Of a stretch of 64,000 bases of DNA, positions 52,475 to 64,000 are shown one piece after another. The translations under genes were made by a program, and so were the position numbers. Source of the DNA: Heptranchias perlo (taxonomy: Eukaryota); assembly GCF_035084215.1 (NCBI RefSeq), contig NC_090327.1:90954001-91018000 (forward strand), given 5' to 3'. The first letter of the stretch is position 1, and each line of letters begins with the position of its first letter. Under the pieces are notes generated by a model. The model did no database searches, had not been told where the DNA came from, and worked only from the letters and a program-made list of their open reading frames with translations.

Positions 52475-53235
52475 CCAACGTACAGTTGAGTCTTCCTAAT
52501 TTGTTTGACATACAAATATTACATTGGTGTAAATGATCAATTTGAGGTGCAATGATGCTGATGTGTGGGGTTGAATTATGTTCTTATGGAAGCCAGTCTT
52601 CATCAGCAGAAAAAATATGCTGTATGTAATTCATCTGTAATTGATGAGATGAATATGTTGAACAACTGTACAAGGCAGGAAAATAGTCCAATAAATTCAC
52701 ATCAAACAAAAGAATCTATCAGACGTCACTTCAGGTTAGTAAGCAAGTGCTGAACATGAAAGTGCACTTGATACTATGTCCAGTTAATGCAGGGGAGTGT
52801 GTCAGACACACTGCAAGGTATGATTTATTTTGCACTGATTGTTGGTTTATAGTGCAAACCTTGTTTCTGTAGTTTATTTGACTTGAAGGAACATTGGCTG
52901 CTGAAAACATCTGCAGACTTTTACTGCATTTCTTGAAACTGATTGGCTCACTTTGCTCTTCACATCATTATAACTCTTTAGTTTAAAACAATGGTGATGT
53001 GGACAGTCATCCTTTTAAAACTATGGCAAAGAATTGAATCACACTATGAAAATCCTGCAGTAACTTTTTGTTCCAATTTTGGAAATAACATTTTCATTGA
53101 GATTATTTTACTCTCAAATTTATTTTTTTTGTAGCGGAGAGACAAGGAATAAAAACTAGTGGTACTTGTCAGTTTTGTCATCGGGATCTCATGCTTAAGT
53201 GACACATTGATATAGTACGCTATTGAACTGGGTTT

Positions 53236-53575
53236 GGTAGTGTTATGGTTATGTCACTGGACTAGTAATCCAGAGAATGTGCATTCATATCCCACATGGC
53301 AGTTTGAGTTGAATTCAACTTTTAAAAATCTGTAAACAAAAGCTGATACCAGTAAAAGTGACCAAGAAGCTGTCAGATTGTCGTACAAACCTTCCGTCCT
53401 TACCTCGTCTGACCAATATGTGACTCCAGTCTCTATATGTGACTCTTACCTGTCCACTGAAATGGCCTGGTCAGCCACCCAGACTCCTCACAGCCCACCA
53501 TCACCTTCTCAAGGACAACTAGAGATGGGCAGTAAATGCTGGCCTTCCCAGCAATGTTCACATCCAAGAATTATT
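53236..53575 (+). mobile_element. tRNA-headed SINE carrying the 3' tail of LINE family B
   Basis: Head tagtg..gttatgtcactggactagtaatccagag. Tail caccatcaccttctcaaggacaactagagatgggcagtaaatgctggcctt matches LINE 3' ends at 4947-5010 and 46757-46830. Confidence 0.72.
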
Positions 53576-54052
53576 CAATTTGTGCGCATAAACTAAAGAA
53601 AAAAGACTTTTGAAGCACCTTTTCTTAAAGTCAGTAGCCCCTTTAAAAGTCAGTTCTTGTACAGTAAGATTGAAGAGATTATTAAGGGTGACTGAGTCCA
53701 GGTATCTTGAACACGTGCAATTGAAATGGCTTTTAAATTACTATTTCCAAAAATGAAAATGTCTATTATGTTTTCTTGCCATGCTAAATATACACTGCCT
53801 ATAGGGGCTGGGTACAATACCTTCTACTTTTTCAATTCTTTTAATTTTTGGATTTCTGTCATGGGTTATTGATACAAGATATATTTTGATTCTGCACGTT
53901 GCAAGGCACTTCACACTGGGTTATCCAGAATATCAGTACTCACAGCTTGCTTAGATTAGAATTTGTACAATATGTGCAAAAGTTAATGTCATTGAAACAC
54001 ATCAATGAAAACATACCATACACATAACTGTTATGCAGGATGCTTTTCATCA

Positions 54053-54217
<165 letters not shown>

Positions 54218-55446
54218 TCAGTTTACTAATGTTCAATTTCCAAAGTGACATTTTCTTTAAAATAAGGATTTGTTGAACCTAAAACAATTTGTGTTACAGT
54301 ATTTTAGTTCTAAAACAATCTGTACCTAATTGTAACAAAGGATGATGCTAATGAACTATACATTCATGATATGTAAAGAATATTTCAGTAGTATCACAAT
54401 ACAGTGCTGCAGAATACCCTCAGATTGTGAATCTGTGTAATCGACACAGAGTGATCAAGGGATTGAGACGAGGCTGTAACAATTAGAATGAAGATCAAGC
54501 TGTTTATCAGTATCAAGCAAATCCCAAAATTCATGACAAGCTTTTAATATCTTGCATATTGTTTTCCCAGTGTTGTCCCTTATCCCTCCTCTTTTGAAAG
54601 CAGTGTAACTTAGATTACAGTACATTTGTTATGCATCAGCCGCTCTCTAGCACCTCACTCAAACAATCAGGCTTTATATGTGAGCCTGGGTAATGTTGGT
54701 AGATATTTGACCATGGTGGGGTTTGGAGGGGGGGGGGGGGGGAGGTGGTATCCTCACCTCACCACATATCCACATGTGCACTTTCTGGCAAACGTTACTG
54801 GACAGAAATAGTAGTGAAAACGCTAACTGATTTTTCCCTTCCCAGATCAGGGGTTCAAAGGGCAACAATTTGCATCCCGACTGCCACCCTGGCTGAGGTC
54901 AGCACACTCCACAGATACTGGCTCCATACCAAATAGTACATTACCCACTGAGCCAATTAAACCAGTAGCACAATTTTGTTTTTGGCATGAAGTATGTTCT
55001 AGTTGCTTGGTCCTGCATTTGGAAGTTGTGTGAGGCAAGGAATCAGCCAGCAATTTTTATGTTAGCAATTATTTTCCTTTTTTTCCCCTATGCTGTAGTT
55101 CCACTCCTCTTGGATAATAAGTATCCAAGAGTAATAAGAAATGAGGATTGTCAGAAGTTGTATTTTTTGTGTTTTAAGTATCATTCTTTTACTCCTATGA
55201 AGTAAATGGAGAAGCGGGAATGGTGCACTTTGACACTCACAGACAGTAATTTAAGATCTTTGGGATGTCTTTATTGTAGGTTTACAGTTTACTAAGCATT
55301 CTTTGGCCAGTAGATGATACTGAACATTTTAAAAACTTTTCATACTTCACACATTGGCACAGAATAAAATAGACGGCTTAATTAACAAACCTTTGCTGAT
55401 ACCAATTAACAAACAAAACTATTCTTTGACTTTGTTAAAGAAACTA

Positions 55447-56005
55447 ACATTTTTTAAAATGCCTTTCACAACCTCAAAGTGTCCCAGAGTACTTCACAGC
55501 CGATAAGGCACTTTTGAAGTGCAGTTAGTCACTGTTGTAATGTGGGGAAACCTGGCAGACAATATGTGGACAGCAAGGTCTCACAAACAGCAATGAGATA
55601 AATGACTAAATCATCTGTTTTAGAAATGCTGGTTGAGGGATAAATTTGCCCAGGACAACAGGAGAACTCCCTTGCTTTTCTCCAAATAGTGCCATAGAAC
55701 CTGTTGCATCCACCTGAGAGGGCAGATGGTGCCTCGGTTTAGCGTTTCATCTGCAAGATAGCACCGTTGACAATACATCATTCCTTTAGTGCAATACTGA
55801 AGTGCAATACTCTGACTTCTCCATTTACTGCATAGGAGTAAAAGAGTGATACCTTAAAACACACACAAAAACATAACTTCATCAACCCTTGTTTTCTTAT
55901 TACTTTTGGATAAATATTATCCAAGAGGAGAAGATTATGTGCTCAAGTATCTGGAATGGAGATGAACTCACAATCTTCTGACACAGAGGTAAAAGAGACC
56001 ATGGG
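55447..56005 (-). mobile_element. Deu-domain SINE with an ~130-bp interruption
   Basis: Core at 55460-55800; head resumes at ~55931 (agattatgtgctcaag). Confidence 0.72.
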
Positions 56006-56044
56006 TCAGTTATCAACATCAAGGGCAAAAATAAATAAAGTTAT

Positions 56045-56345
56045 ATGTGCACAGTATGGTACAGCACAGAAGGAGGCTATTCGGTCAATCCTCCCTGTAC
56101 CAGCTCCACATAACGGAGAAGGTTGGTGAGGGTAGTGCGGTTTATGGACTTTCAAAATGCATTTGATAAAGTACCACATAATAGACTTCTTAGCAAAATT
56201 GAAGCCCTTGGGATCAAAGGGACAGTGGCAGCATGGATACAAAATTGGCTAAGGGGCAAAAAGTAGAGTAATAGTGAACAGTTGTTTTTCAGACTAGAGG
56301 GAAGTATACAGTGGTGTTCCCCAGGGATCAGTATTAGGCCCACTT
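56045..56345. mobile_element. Short CR1 fragments
   Basis: Reverse 3'-tail piece at ~56050-56108 and forward RT piece (MDFQNAFDKVPHNRLL..GVPQGSVLGP) at 56115-56345. Confidence 0.7.
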
Positions 56346-56643
56346 TGTGATAGTATTCTGACCGATTTCATTGCCTGAAGACATGCGGAGATCAAAAGAG
56401 TCACTCCAGCATGAGACCAGGCACCTATTTACATGTCACTGCACTGATATGTAACAAAAGCCCAATCTGGAAGTGGTTTCCTACAGGAATTATATCAATG
56501 TGGCTGTGTGATGGAGGTAGGGGAAAAGGGAATTCCAATGCCAGGATGACTCTGAGGACTGATCCTGCTGGAATGACTCCCAACATTTGCTTGGATTTGC
56601 AAGCAAGGTATTGGTGAAGGAAGCTCTGAATTGAAAAAACAAG

Positions 56644-56814
56644 ATGTGGAGATGCCGGTGATGGACTGGGATTGACAATTGTAAACAATTTTACAACACC
56701 AAGTTATAGTCGAAAAATGTGGAAATTCACCTGAGGAAAGAGGAAGCCTTCGAAAGCTTGTGGATTTTAAAATAAAATTGTTGGACTATAACTTGGTGTT
56801 GTAAAATTGTTTGC
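56644..56814. mobile_element. Mini Penelope derivative (tail, partial inverted arm, hammerhead arm)
   Basis: Starts atgtggagatgccggtgatggactggg like 1734 and 61494. TSD aattgaaaaaacaag at 56629-56643 and 56815-56829. Confidence 0.9.
56727..56763 (+). ncRNA. Hammerhead ribozyme motif (slightly degenerate stem II)
   Basis: tcac CTGAGGA aagagg aag ccttc GAAA gctt gtgg. Confidence 0.6.
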
Positions 56815-57462
56815 AATTGAAAAAACAAGGAATGGTAGATCAGCAAAAGGCTGGAAGGTCAATGAAAATAAATCAAAAGGAGTAAAGATTTAGAAACACC
56901 TAAGGTTTTCAGAAAAAAGGATGAGGTTTATGAATGAAGCTCTAATAGTCTAATCATTTTGGAAAATGATTAACTTGTGTTGAATGGTTTTGCAGAAAGC
57001 CAGTGAGAAGGAAGAGTTACACAAACCAAGCTGCTTCTTCACTGGAGGAAGAAGGATGTAAATACGACAGTCACTGAATTTTTTCTCCAGTATTTGAACT
57101 TTCATCTGAATTGGATATCCTATCAATTCAGTGCTGTCGTTCTTCTGCTGTAGATTTGGGAGTAATTTCCAATTTCGCTGCCTGGGTGGTAACCTGGGAG
57201 AGCAGATTGCCCACCCTTTAGAGAACCCAGTAGAAATCAATGGATGACCAAAAATCAGGGAGGTTCTACAGTTGTGTTGGCAATCCATTCCTCCAGGTTA
57301 CTGTCCAGGCAACAAAGTTTAAAATGACCCCCTTTATATTGATTATTTCATACTCAATCCTGCATTCTGCCAATGCACAAAGCCCTCGTGCCAATTAAGG
57401 CATTTCTAATGGACCTCCCTTGATAGCAATAGCATGGAAGTGACAGAGAATTAAAAGAAAAA

Positions 57463-58862
57463 AAACTTTTTCTAATCTAGTTCAAGCATGTGTGAATATA
57501 TGTGTGTTGACAGTCTGAAAGGATTTATTTGGGATATGTTCTTCCAGTTCCTGAGCAAACTGAAACAAATCTATCCAGACTTTCTGGCAGCAGAGTAGGA
57601 AATCTTAAGTCCTATCTCTCAGCCAATTGTTTGGTAAATGATTATTTGGGGTTATTTCCCATTTCTCAAGCGGCTTAATGCTTTTTGTCAACATCGGTTT
57701 CTCCAAGTTTCTCACCACGCTTTCAGTTAATTGTCCTAGTTCTTCCACTATCAATCACTTTTTGTCTACTATGCCAAGTATCTTGGAATGTTTATTACAT
57801 TAAAGGTGCTACATAAAAGGTTCTGTTGTTTTCTCCTCTCTTTTTCTGGTGAGGTGATGAGTGAGTTGCGGAGAAAATGGATGATAATCTCAAAGCTCTT
57901 GCCACGAAAAGAAAGATGATAGCAAGGAATCAGATACATATTGAGGTTCTGCATGGCCTCTCTCAATATGTGTGGCAAGTGGCACGCGGCCGTGTACCAA
58001 CATCCAAGAGAGGTTTAACTCATTGCAGGGCAGCCTGGAGGAAATGACGGATGCAGGATTATCTGCAAATTTTCTCCAGCATTATGAGAGATCCAGGCAA
58101 GTCAGTCAACTCAATGTGGGAGACACTTAACAAAAGATTGCAGGCTTCAGGGGACTGTCTAAAAAGGTCAACGTCAACTGGATTAGAAAGTATACAGGGC
58201 AACATTTTGGAGGGACTAGAGGATATTTGGTTGTTTCTCTCTCTGGGGTTTAAGGATCTTTCTGATTTAGTGAATGATTTCTGGTTACCAGAATCCTTTT
58301 CCCAGTACCATGGAAAAGCTGGTGTGAGTGCCTCAGAGACCGCTTTACTCACAGCAGCACAGAAGAGCACTCCATCAGCCTCTCATGGAAGCCTTTCCCT
58401 TTGCAGGAGCAGGCTGCCAAGGAGTCCATGACAAAGCATCAGTCTGTCCCATGTCTATCCCCAGACTTGGGGACCCTGAGAGAAGAGCTGCCTCCATCCA
58501 AAGAGCCTCATAATATTTCACATCTCAAACCCCAGGCCTTCAGATGGCATCCAGAAGAAATATTAGAATAGGGCAGAGAAAAGCTTTTTCTAATCTAGTT
58601 CAAGCATGTGTGAATACATCTGTGTTGACAGTCTGAAAGGATGGATGCAGCTTATTTGGGATATGTTCTTCCAGTTCCTGAGCAGTCTACTGAAACAAAT
58701 CTATCCAGACTCTCTGGCAGTAGAGCAGGAAATCTTAAGTCCTGTCTCTCAGTCAAGTGTTTGGTAAATGATGATTTGGGGTTATTTCCCATTTCCCAAG
58801 CAGATTAATGCTTTTTGTTGACATTGGTTTCTCCAAGTTTTCACCATGCTTTCAGTCAGTTG
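57463..58862. repeat. Pair of ~275-bp direct repeats (57463-57733 and 58581-58862)
   Basis: Both run tttttctaatctagttcaagcatgtgtgaata...ttcttccagttcctgagca...gctttcagt with scattered substitutions and small indels. Confidence 0.9.
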
Positions 58863-59049
58863 GGTGAATTGATCACAAGGGGTGTACATGGTGACAAAAT
58901 CAAATGATTTTTTAAAAAAGAGTTGTAATAAATCGCTGGAATAGTTGAGGTAAGAACTATTTGGTTCTCTTGTATCACAATAGGGAATGGGCAATGTGTT
59001 GATGTTGAGGCTCAGGAGTAGGATGTGATGGTTAACTGTGAGGTGCAAG

Positions 59050-59620
59050 GACTTCACATTCAAACAACTATGCCCGTCATCACAAATGAGCTGCATGGTT
59101 AGGGAATGGAAGCTTTTGTGGTTCATGTGAATATGGGGGTTTACTTGGGTGCAATCCATAGGCCTGACAAACCTGGGAAAATCCAATAATTCTGACAAAT
59201 TTGATGGCATTCTCTATAATCAGCATTGGAGTGCTGTTAAATTGCACAAATTGACCTGACCTGGCAAAGAGGGCATTGGTAACTTGTCTTATGGAGGAGT
59301 GCACAGCAAATTGGCTGAACTGACAAAAGACCCCTATGGCTCCCTGAAATAAACCTGTGGCAATAGAGTTGAGGGCTGTGGTCACTTTCTCTGCCACAGT
59401 CAGTGCTGTGGACCATTTCTGCAAATCTGGCTGCGGCAGCGAACAAAGCTCTTCCAAATGTTCATGATTGAAGCACAGCTTGGTGGGACACAGCTCTCAA
59501 TAGATGGCCAAAAGTCTCCACAAGCAATCTTAATTCAGCAGTGTCCCATTAACAAAGTACTTCCACTTTGATGTACAGGTCCTGGCAAACTGCGGATTCT
59601 AAACAGTGGCGTCCATTCTC
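59050..59620 (-). pseudogene. Decayed Harbinger (HARBI1-like) transposase
   Basis: EELCSL..TALTVAEKVTTALNSIATGLFQGAIG..SQFAVHSSIRQVTNALFAR..IGFSQV, then in another frame MDCTQV..NHKSFHSLTMQLICD, the region of the first DDE Asp. Confidence 0.82.
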
Positions 59621-60772
59621 AAGGGTGGATGGGAAGGCAGAAGTTATGGGATTTAGGATCGATGATGTCATCCCATCCTAACTCCACCGTTTACATGTGG
59701 CTGCTACTGAGAGGGCAGGCACTTCTTCAGTACACTCTGAACCAGAACCAAATTTATACTGGTGTACATCAGTTCCATCAGAAATTCCTGGTTCCAGAAA
59801 AGCATAATTGCAGACTTACACCCTCTCTCAATTCAGCAATTTCTGGGCTCTGGCTTTTCAATCTGGAATGAAGATATCTGAGACATGATCTTATAGGTGT
59901 GTATGCTAGGAAATGGTATGAGAGAGGTTAATCTGGAATATTACTTTAAATTTAACAGTGGGAGGACAAGGGACACATGTTCTTGGTAACTTTAGAACAG
60001 GAAGTTCTTCTTCACGCGGAATGGACTTCCAAGCAGAGTGGTGGAGGCAAAAACCCTGGAATCAGTTAAAAACTAGATGCGGCAATGGGTGGAGTGTAGG
60101 GTCATTCTGAGTGGATGATTTAAGATAGGGCAAATGGCCTTCCGATCTGTAAGCACCTTGTGACCTTTCTCTTGGGCACTCCATCCCCTTTGGTTGGAAC
60201 ATTGACTTCAGCAACTTCAATCCTTAGGTATCCCTTCTTTTCCTATTAGTTTCTCCCATTCATATTCCATTATATCCCCTTCCATTTTAGAGCTGTTCCA
60301 CTCAACTTTTGTCTTTCCAATGTCTTTTCACCATTCTGACAGGACATCATCCAGCAACCTTTACTTGTTGTTCTTCCCTCTTTGTTTTAGTCAGTCCTAT
60401 AAAGGAACTCGCTATCCTTCATTTTCAATTCTGACAAAGGTTCCCACCCAAAATGTTAACCTGTCTTTTCACTTTTCAGATGCTGATTGACCTGCGGCAT
60501 ATTTCCAGCATTTTCTGCTTTTGTTTTGCAAATATATTTCTTTGGCCTGGTTTACTTTTATTCAGGTCTCAAGTTCAGAGACATTACACAAGTTTGCTAC
60601 GGGATACTTTGTTGCATCTACCATTCAAAATTCAGTATTTAAAAAAATAAAAATGAATGTGTTTGGTGAAGTTTCTAATCATTTCAACTGCGCCCTTGTG
60701 AAAATAATAATCCAAAACATTTGTTTAAAGTAGATGATTTTATAACAGATCCAATGGTCAATAATGCACTTA

Positions 60773-60877
<105 letters not shown>

Positions 60878-61580
60878 CTAGTGTTAAAAGAGATAAGACA
60901 AGGACAGAGCATTTAGCATAGAAGTTGCAAAAAGCCAAAGCATCAGGTCCTTTGTATTGACTATGTTTAATTCATAGCCAAAGAATGCCACTCTTTATTT
61001 TGCTCAATACAAGCACACAGTACCACTCATAATAATTTATTTGTCTACTCAAAATGTATCAATATTTTCCTGGCCTTTTAAAAAATTATTACATTTAAAA
61101 TGATATAGAAGGTAGATTGGATGTTCACTCCACCATAAATTCCAATATAGCGAATTATAATCAGTAGAACACTTAGGATGCCACAGATTTTCATTGTTTA
61201 CTGAATTATGATTGCACCTGTCAGATTATAAAACATTTGAGTGATATTTGTGACACTCTGCCTGCAGTGAAAATGAAAGTATAGTGCAAATTATATTTCT
61301 TATAGGGCAAGAGGCCCCCCCCACCACCACCACCCCGCCGCGACATGCCTAAGCTTTTGCATCTGGCAACACTAATTCCTTAAAAATGCTGCAAATAGCA
61401 CTGAATGTAGTGGCCATCATATAATCTCTTTGCAGACCATCAAACTGCTTTTACATTGTACGTATTGTAAGAGCACAATTTTAATCTGTGTTGATGTGGA
61501 GATGCCGGTGATGGACTGGGGTTGACAATTGTAAACAATTTTACAACACCAAGTTATAGTCCAGCAATTTTATTTTAAAT

Positions 61581-61617
61581 TCACAAGCTTTCGGAGGCTT
61601 CCTCCTTCGTCAGGTAA
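61581..61617 (-). ncRNA. Minimal hammerhead ribozyme motif (csmd3 sense strand)
   Basis: ttac CTGACGA a ggagg aag cctcc GAAA gctt gtga on the minus strand. Confidence 0.8.
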
Positions 61618-61621
61618 ACAT

Positions 61622-61658
61622 TTACCTGACGAAGGAGGAAGCCTCCGAAAGCTTGTGA
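61622..61658 (+). ncRNA. Minimal hammerhead ribozyme motif
   Basis: ttac CTGACGA a ggagg aag cctcc GAAA gctt gtga. Confidence 0.8.
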
Positions 61659-64000
61659 ATTTAAAATAAAATTGCTGGACTATAACTTGGTGTTGTAAAA
61701 TTGTTTACAATTAATCTGTGTTGTAAGTGTTTAATGTTGGAGTTTGCAATCAAAGAAGAAAGCGTTAAAACAGTTGTACATCATAATGTGGCAATCTATA
61801 AGCAAACAAATAGGCAGCCAGGTTTTAAAGATAGGAAAATCATTGGAAATCAAACAGTTAGAGTTTGCCGGTCTTCTGAATTCTACTTTTACCAACAGAT
61901 TCCTGGCAGGAACAGAATCGCAGAAAGTTACGGCACAGAAGCAGGCCATTGTGTCCATGTCAGCCGAAAAAGAGCTATCGAGCTTAATCCCACTTTCCAG
62001 CACTTGGTCCGTAGTCCGTAGCCCTGTAGGTTATGGCACTAACCTATTTAGGAACTATTTACGGAACCTATTTAGTTAATTTAGCATCAGGCCTAACTTT
62101 CTTCAAACATCACTTCTGATGCAGAAATTTGTGTTTGGCAGGCGTAAGTGATGAAAGTACATTCCTCAAACGATGCAACAATGAGATGTCACGCTGTCTT
62201 CTTTCACGCTCCAACACATCTTTTAGCAGGAGGTCATAAATGTCATCTCTGTGGAATATCAAATTGGGAGAATGTAACGGTCTCCCAGTTGACTGTGATC
62301 ACAAAGCTTGTGAAAGTGTTAAGGTTATTTGAGAAATATACTCAGGGTATGAGATGCCACATAACCTCACTGAACCAAGACTTTCAAATTATGCAGGTAT
62401 TCCAGTACATCATAAGGTCCAGTCACGTAACACAGCTTGTGCCAACGCGAAGTGGTTTTGTCTTCTTACTGACACAAACTGGGTACTGTTATTCAGATAT
62501 GAAGTCACCTGAATTGAATTTCGGAAAGCAAAGTGAAGCTTAGCTTGTTTTCTTTACACTTCTCAATCAGATGGATTGAAGAAGGGTACAATCCAGACCA
62601 AGAACTAATGTTGACAGTACTATATATTATTAGATAATCCCGTGTCCCCAAGAGTATGGCATATTAACACATAATCCTGTGTTCCCACCCTCCACCCATT
62701 CCAAATCAAAACTTTCTCTCTATACCCAGTTATGTGCAACAACCAAGCTTTCCCAACCACTACTGATTCTAGGTCTCAAAATGTTTATATTACCTAATTT
62801 TCATATCTCCAAGAAAGAGTGGTGTAATTTAAATAAGAACCCTTTATGCCTAATGACACTGTTCATACAGAATGCGATCAGTGCACAGGCCAGTCAACAT
62901 TCACACATAGACCTGTTATATAACAAATATATGTAATTTCACTGATTTTTGGAGGGGTTTGTAATCCCCTTTTTCAATATGCAATATATATGGCTACATT
63001 TAGAAGAGGGAGAGTGGCTATAAATATGAGAAGGCAATTGTCTTGATTTTCCTCGTTGGGCTGCCAGATTTCAGGGATTCCCAGGTGGCCAACAGAGGAA
63101 CATTTAGGTGGGGCGGAGGATGAAGATCAGCGATCAGGCCTCCATACTAGAAATATCCTGGTGGATTTTCCTCTTTATCTCTTGCAGTTCGACTCGCAGC
63201 ATGTTTACGATGATAGGTGGAGGGGCCACATTTGGGCCACATTTCCCTCTCTTATCCCTCAGCAGCCATCAAAGGTAGAGAATGCCTGAGGGGAAGAGGC
63301 CTTATGGATCTGTCTACAGTGAGCTCTATCTTTGAAGACCTCAAGGGATGCGCAGTAGCCTTAAGATAAATATTTAAATTTTATTACTTAAGTTTTTCAA
63401 ACTTTAAAAAAAAGTTTTTTTTGAGAGTTTTATGAAGTTTTACTACATATCTTAAACATTTTTTAAAAAAAAGCTTTTTAAGTATGTAAAAAGTATATTT
63501 AAGAATTTTAAGTATTTTTAAAGTTTTCATGGTGTACATTCACTTTAATCTTGGGGACCAGACCTCAGGAATGAATGGGATCTTCTTTAGGCCTCCACCT
63601 ATTCCTCTGTTTTGAAGAGAAAGAGAAGGGGCGAAGGGGATCAAGAAGCCAAGGCAAACAGGCGCCACAAATGGTCTTGGGGTCCCTGATGTTTCTTCTT
63701 GCAGGAAAATCCCTCACCTTGTCCCAAACCATTTGCACACATCCCATCAATGACAAAAACATCTTACTAACAACAAATCTGACATCTTTCTTACTGTGTG
63801 AGGCTGCAATGGCTCCTCTTGGTGCTTACTGGTAGGTCCCATTTCAATCATAGCCTCTATTTCGCCTACAGTAGCAGGAATTTCTGATGTATTTGACTTA
63901 TGATTTGCAGCAGTAACTTTGGCGGAATTGAGATGGTATTTTCTTTTCTTTGACTGTGGGCTATTTCCCCTTTAACAAGAAAGTAGAGTCTGAAGACTCA

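Larger units (their letters stand above)
61494..61710. mobile_element. Mini Penelope derivative: 33-nt tail plus perfect 92-bp-arm palindrome
   Basis: Arms 61527-61618 and 61621-61712 with a 2-nt loop. TSD ttaatctgtgttg at 61481-61493 and 61711-61723. Confidence 0.95.

Overview
This is vertebrate nuclear DNA, very probably a shark or other chondrichthyan (inferred from its CR1, Deu-SINE, Harbinger and Penelope repertoire). The window lies inside a minus-strand CUB and Sushi multiple domains gene that looks most like csmd3. Two short coding exons (60774-60877 and 54058-54170) are absent from the ORF track. They have canonical splice sites and join in frame into a CUB-domain segment. Everything else is intron packed with nested mobile elements: CR1 LINEs (one near full length), a second CR1-group LINE with a partner SINE, L2 remnants, a HERO-type RLE LINE remnant, Deu-domain SINEs, two-gene PIF/Harbinger elements with MITEs, and a probable solo LTR. 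The most striking system is a Penelope-like (Neptune-type) family. It has one large copy with inverted pLTRs and two tiny non-coding derivatives. All three share an unpaired ~33-nt tail, 12-15 bp TSDs and minimal hammerhead ribozyme motifs, and one derivative is a perfect 92-bp-arm palindrome carrying a ribozyme on each strand. All calls come from reading the sequence and recalled family motifs; no searches were run, and the ends of old repeats are approximate.
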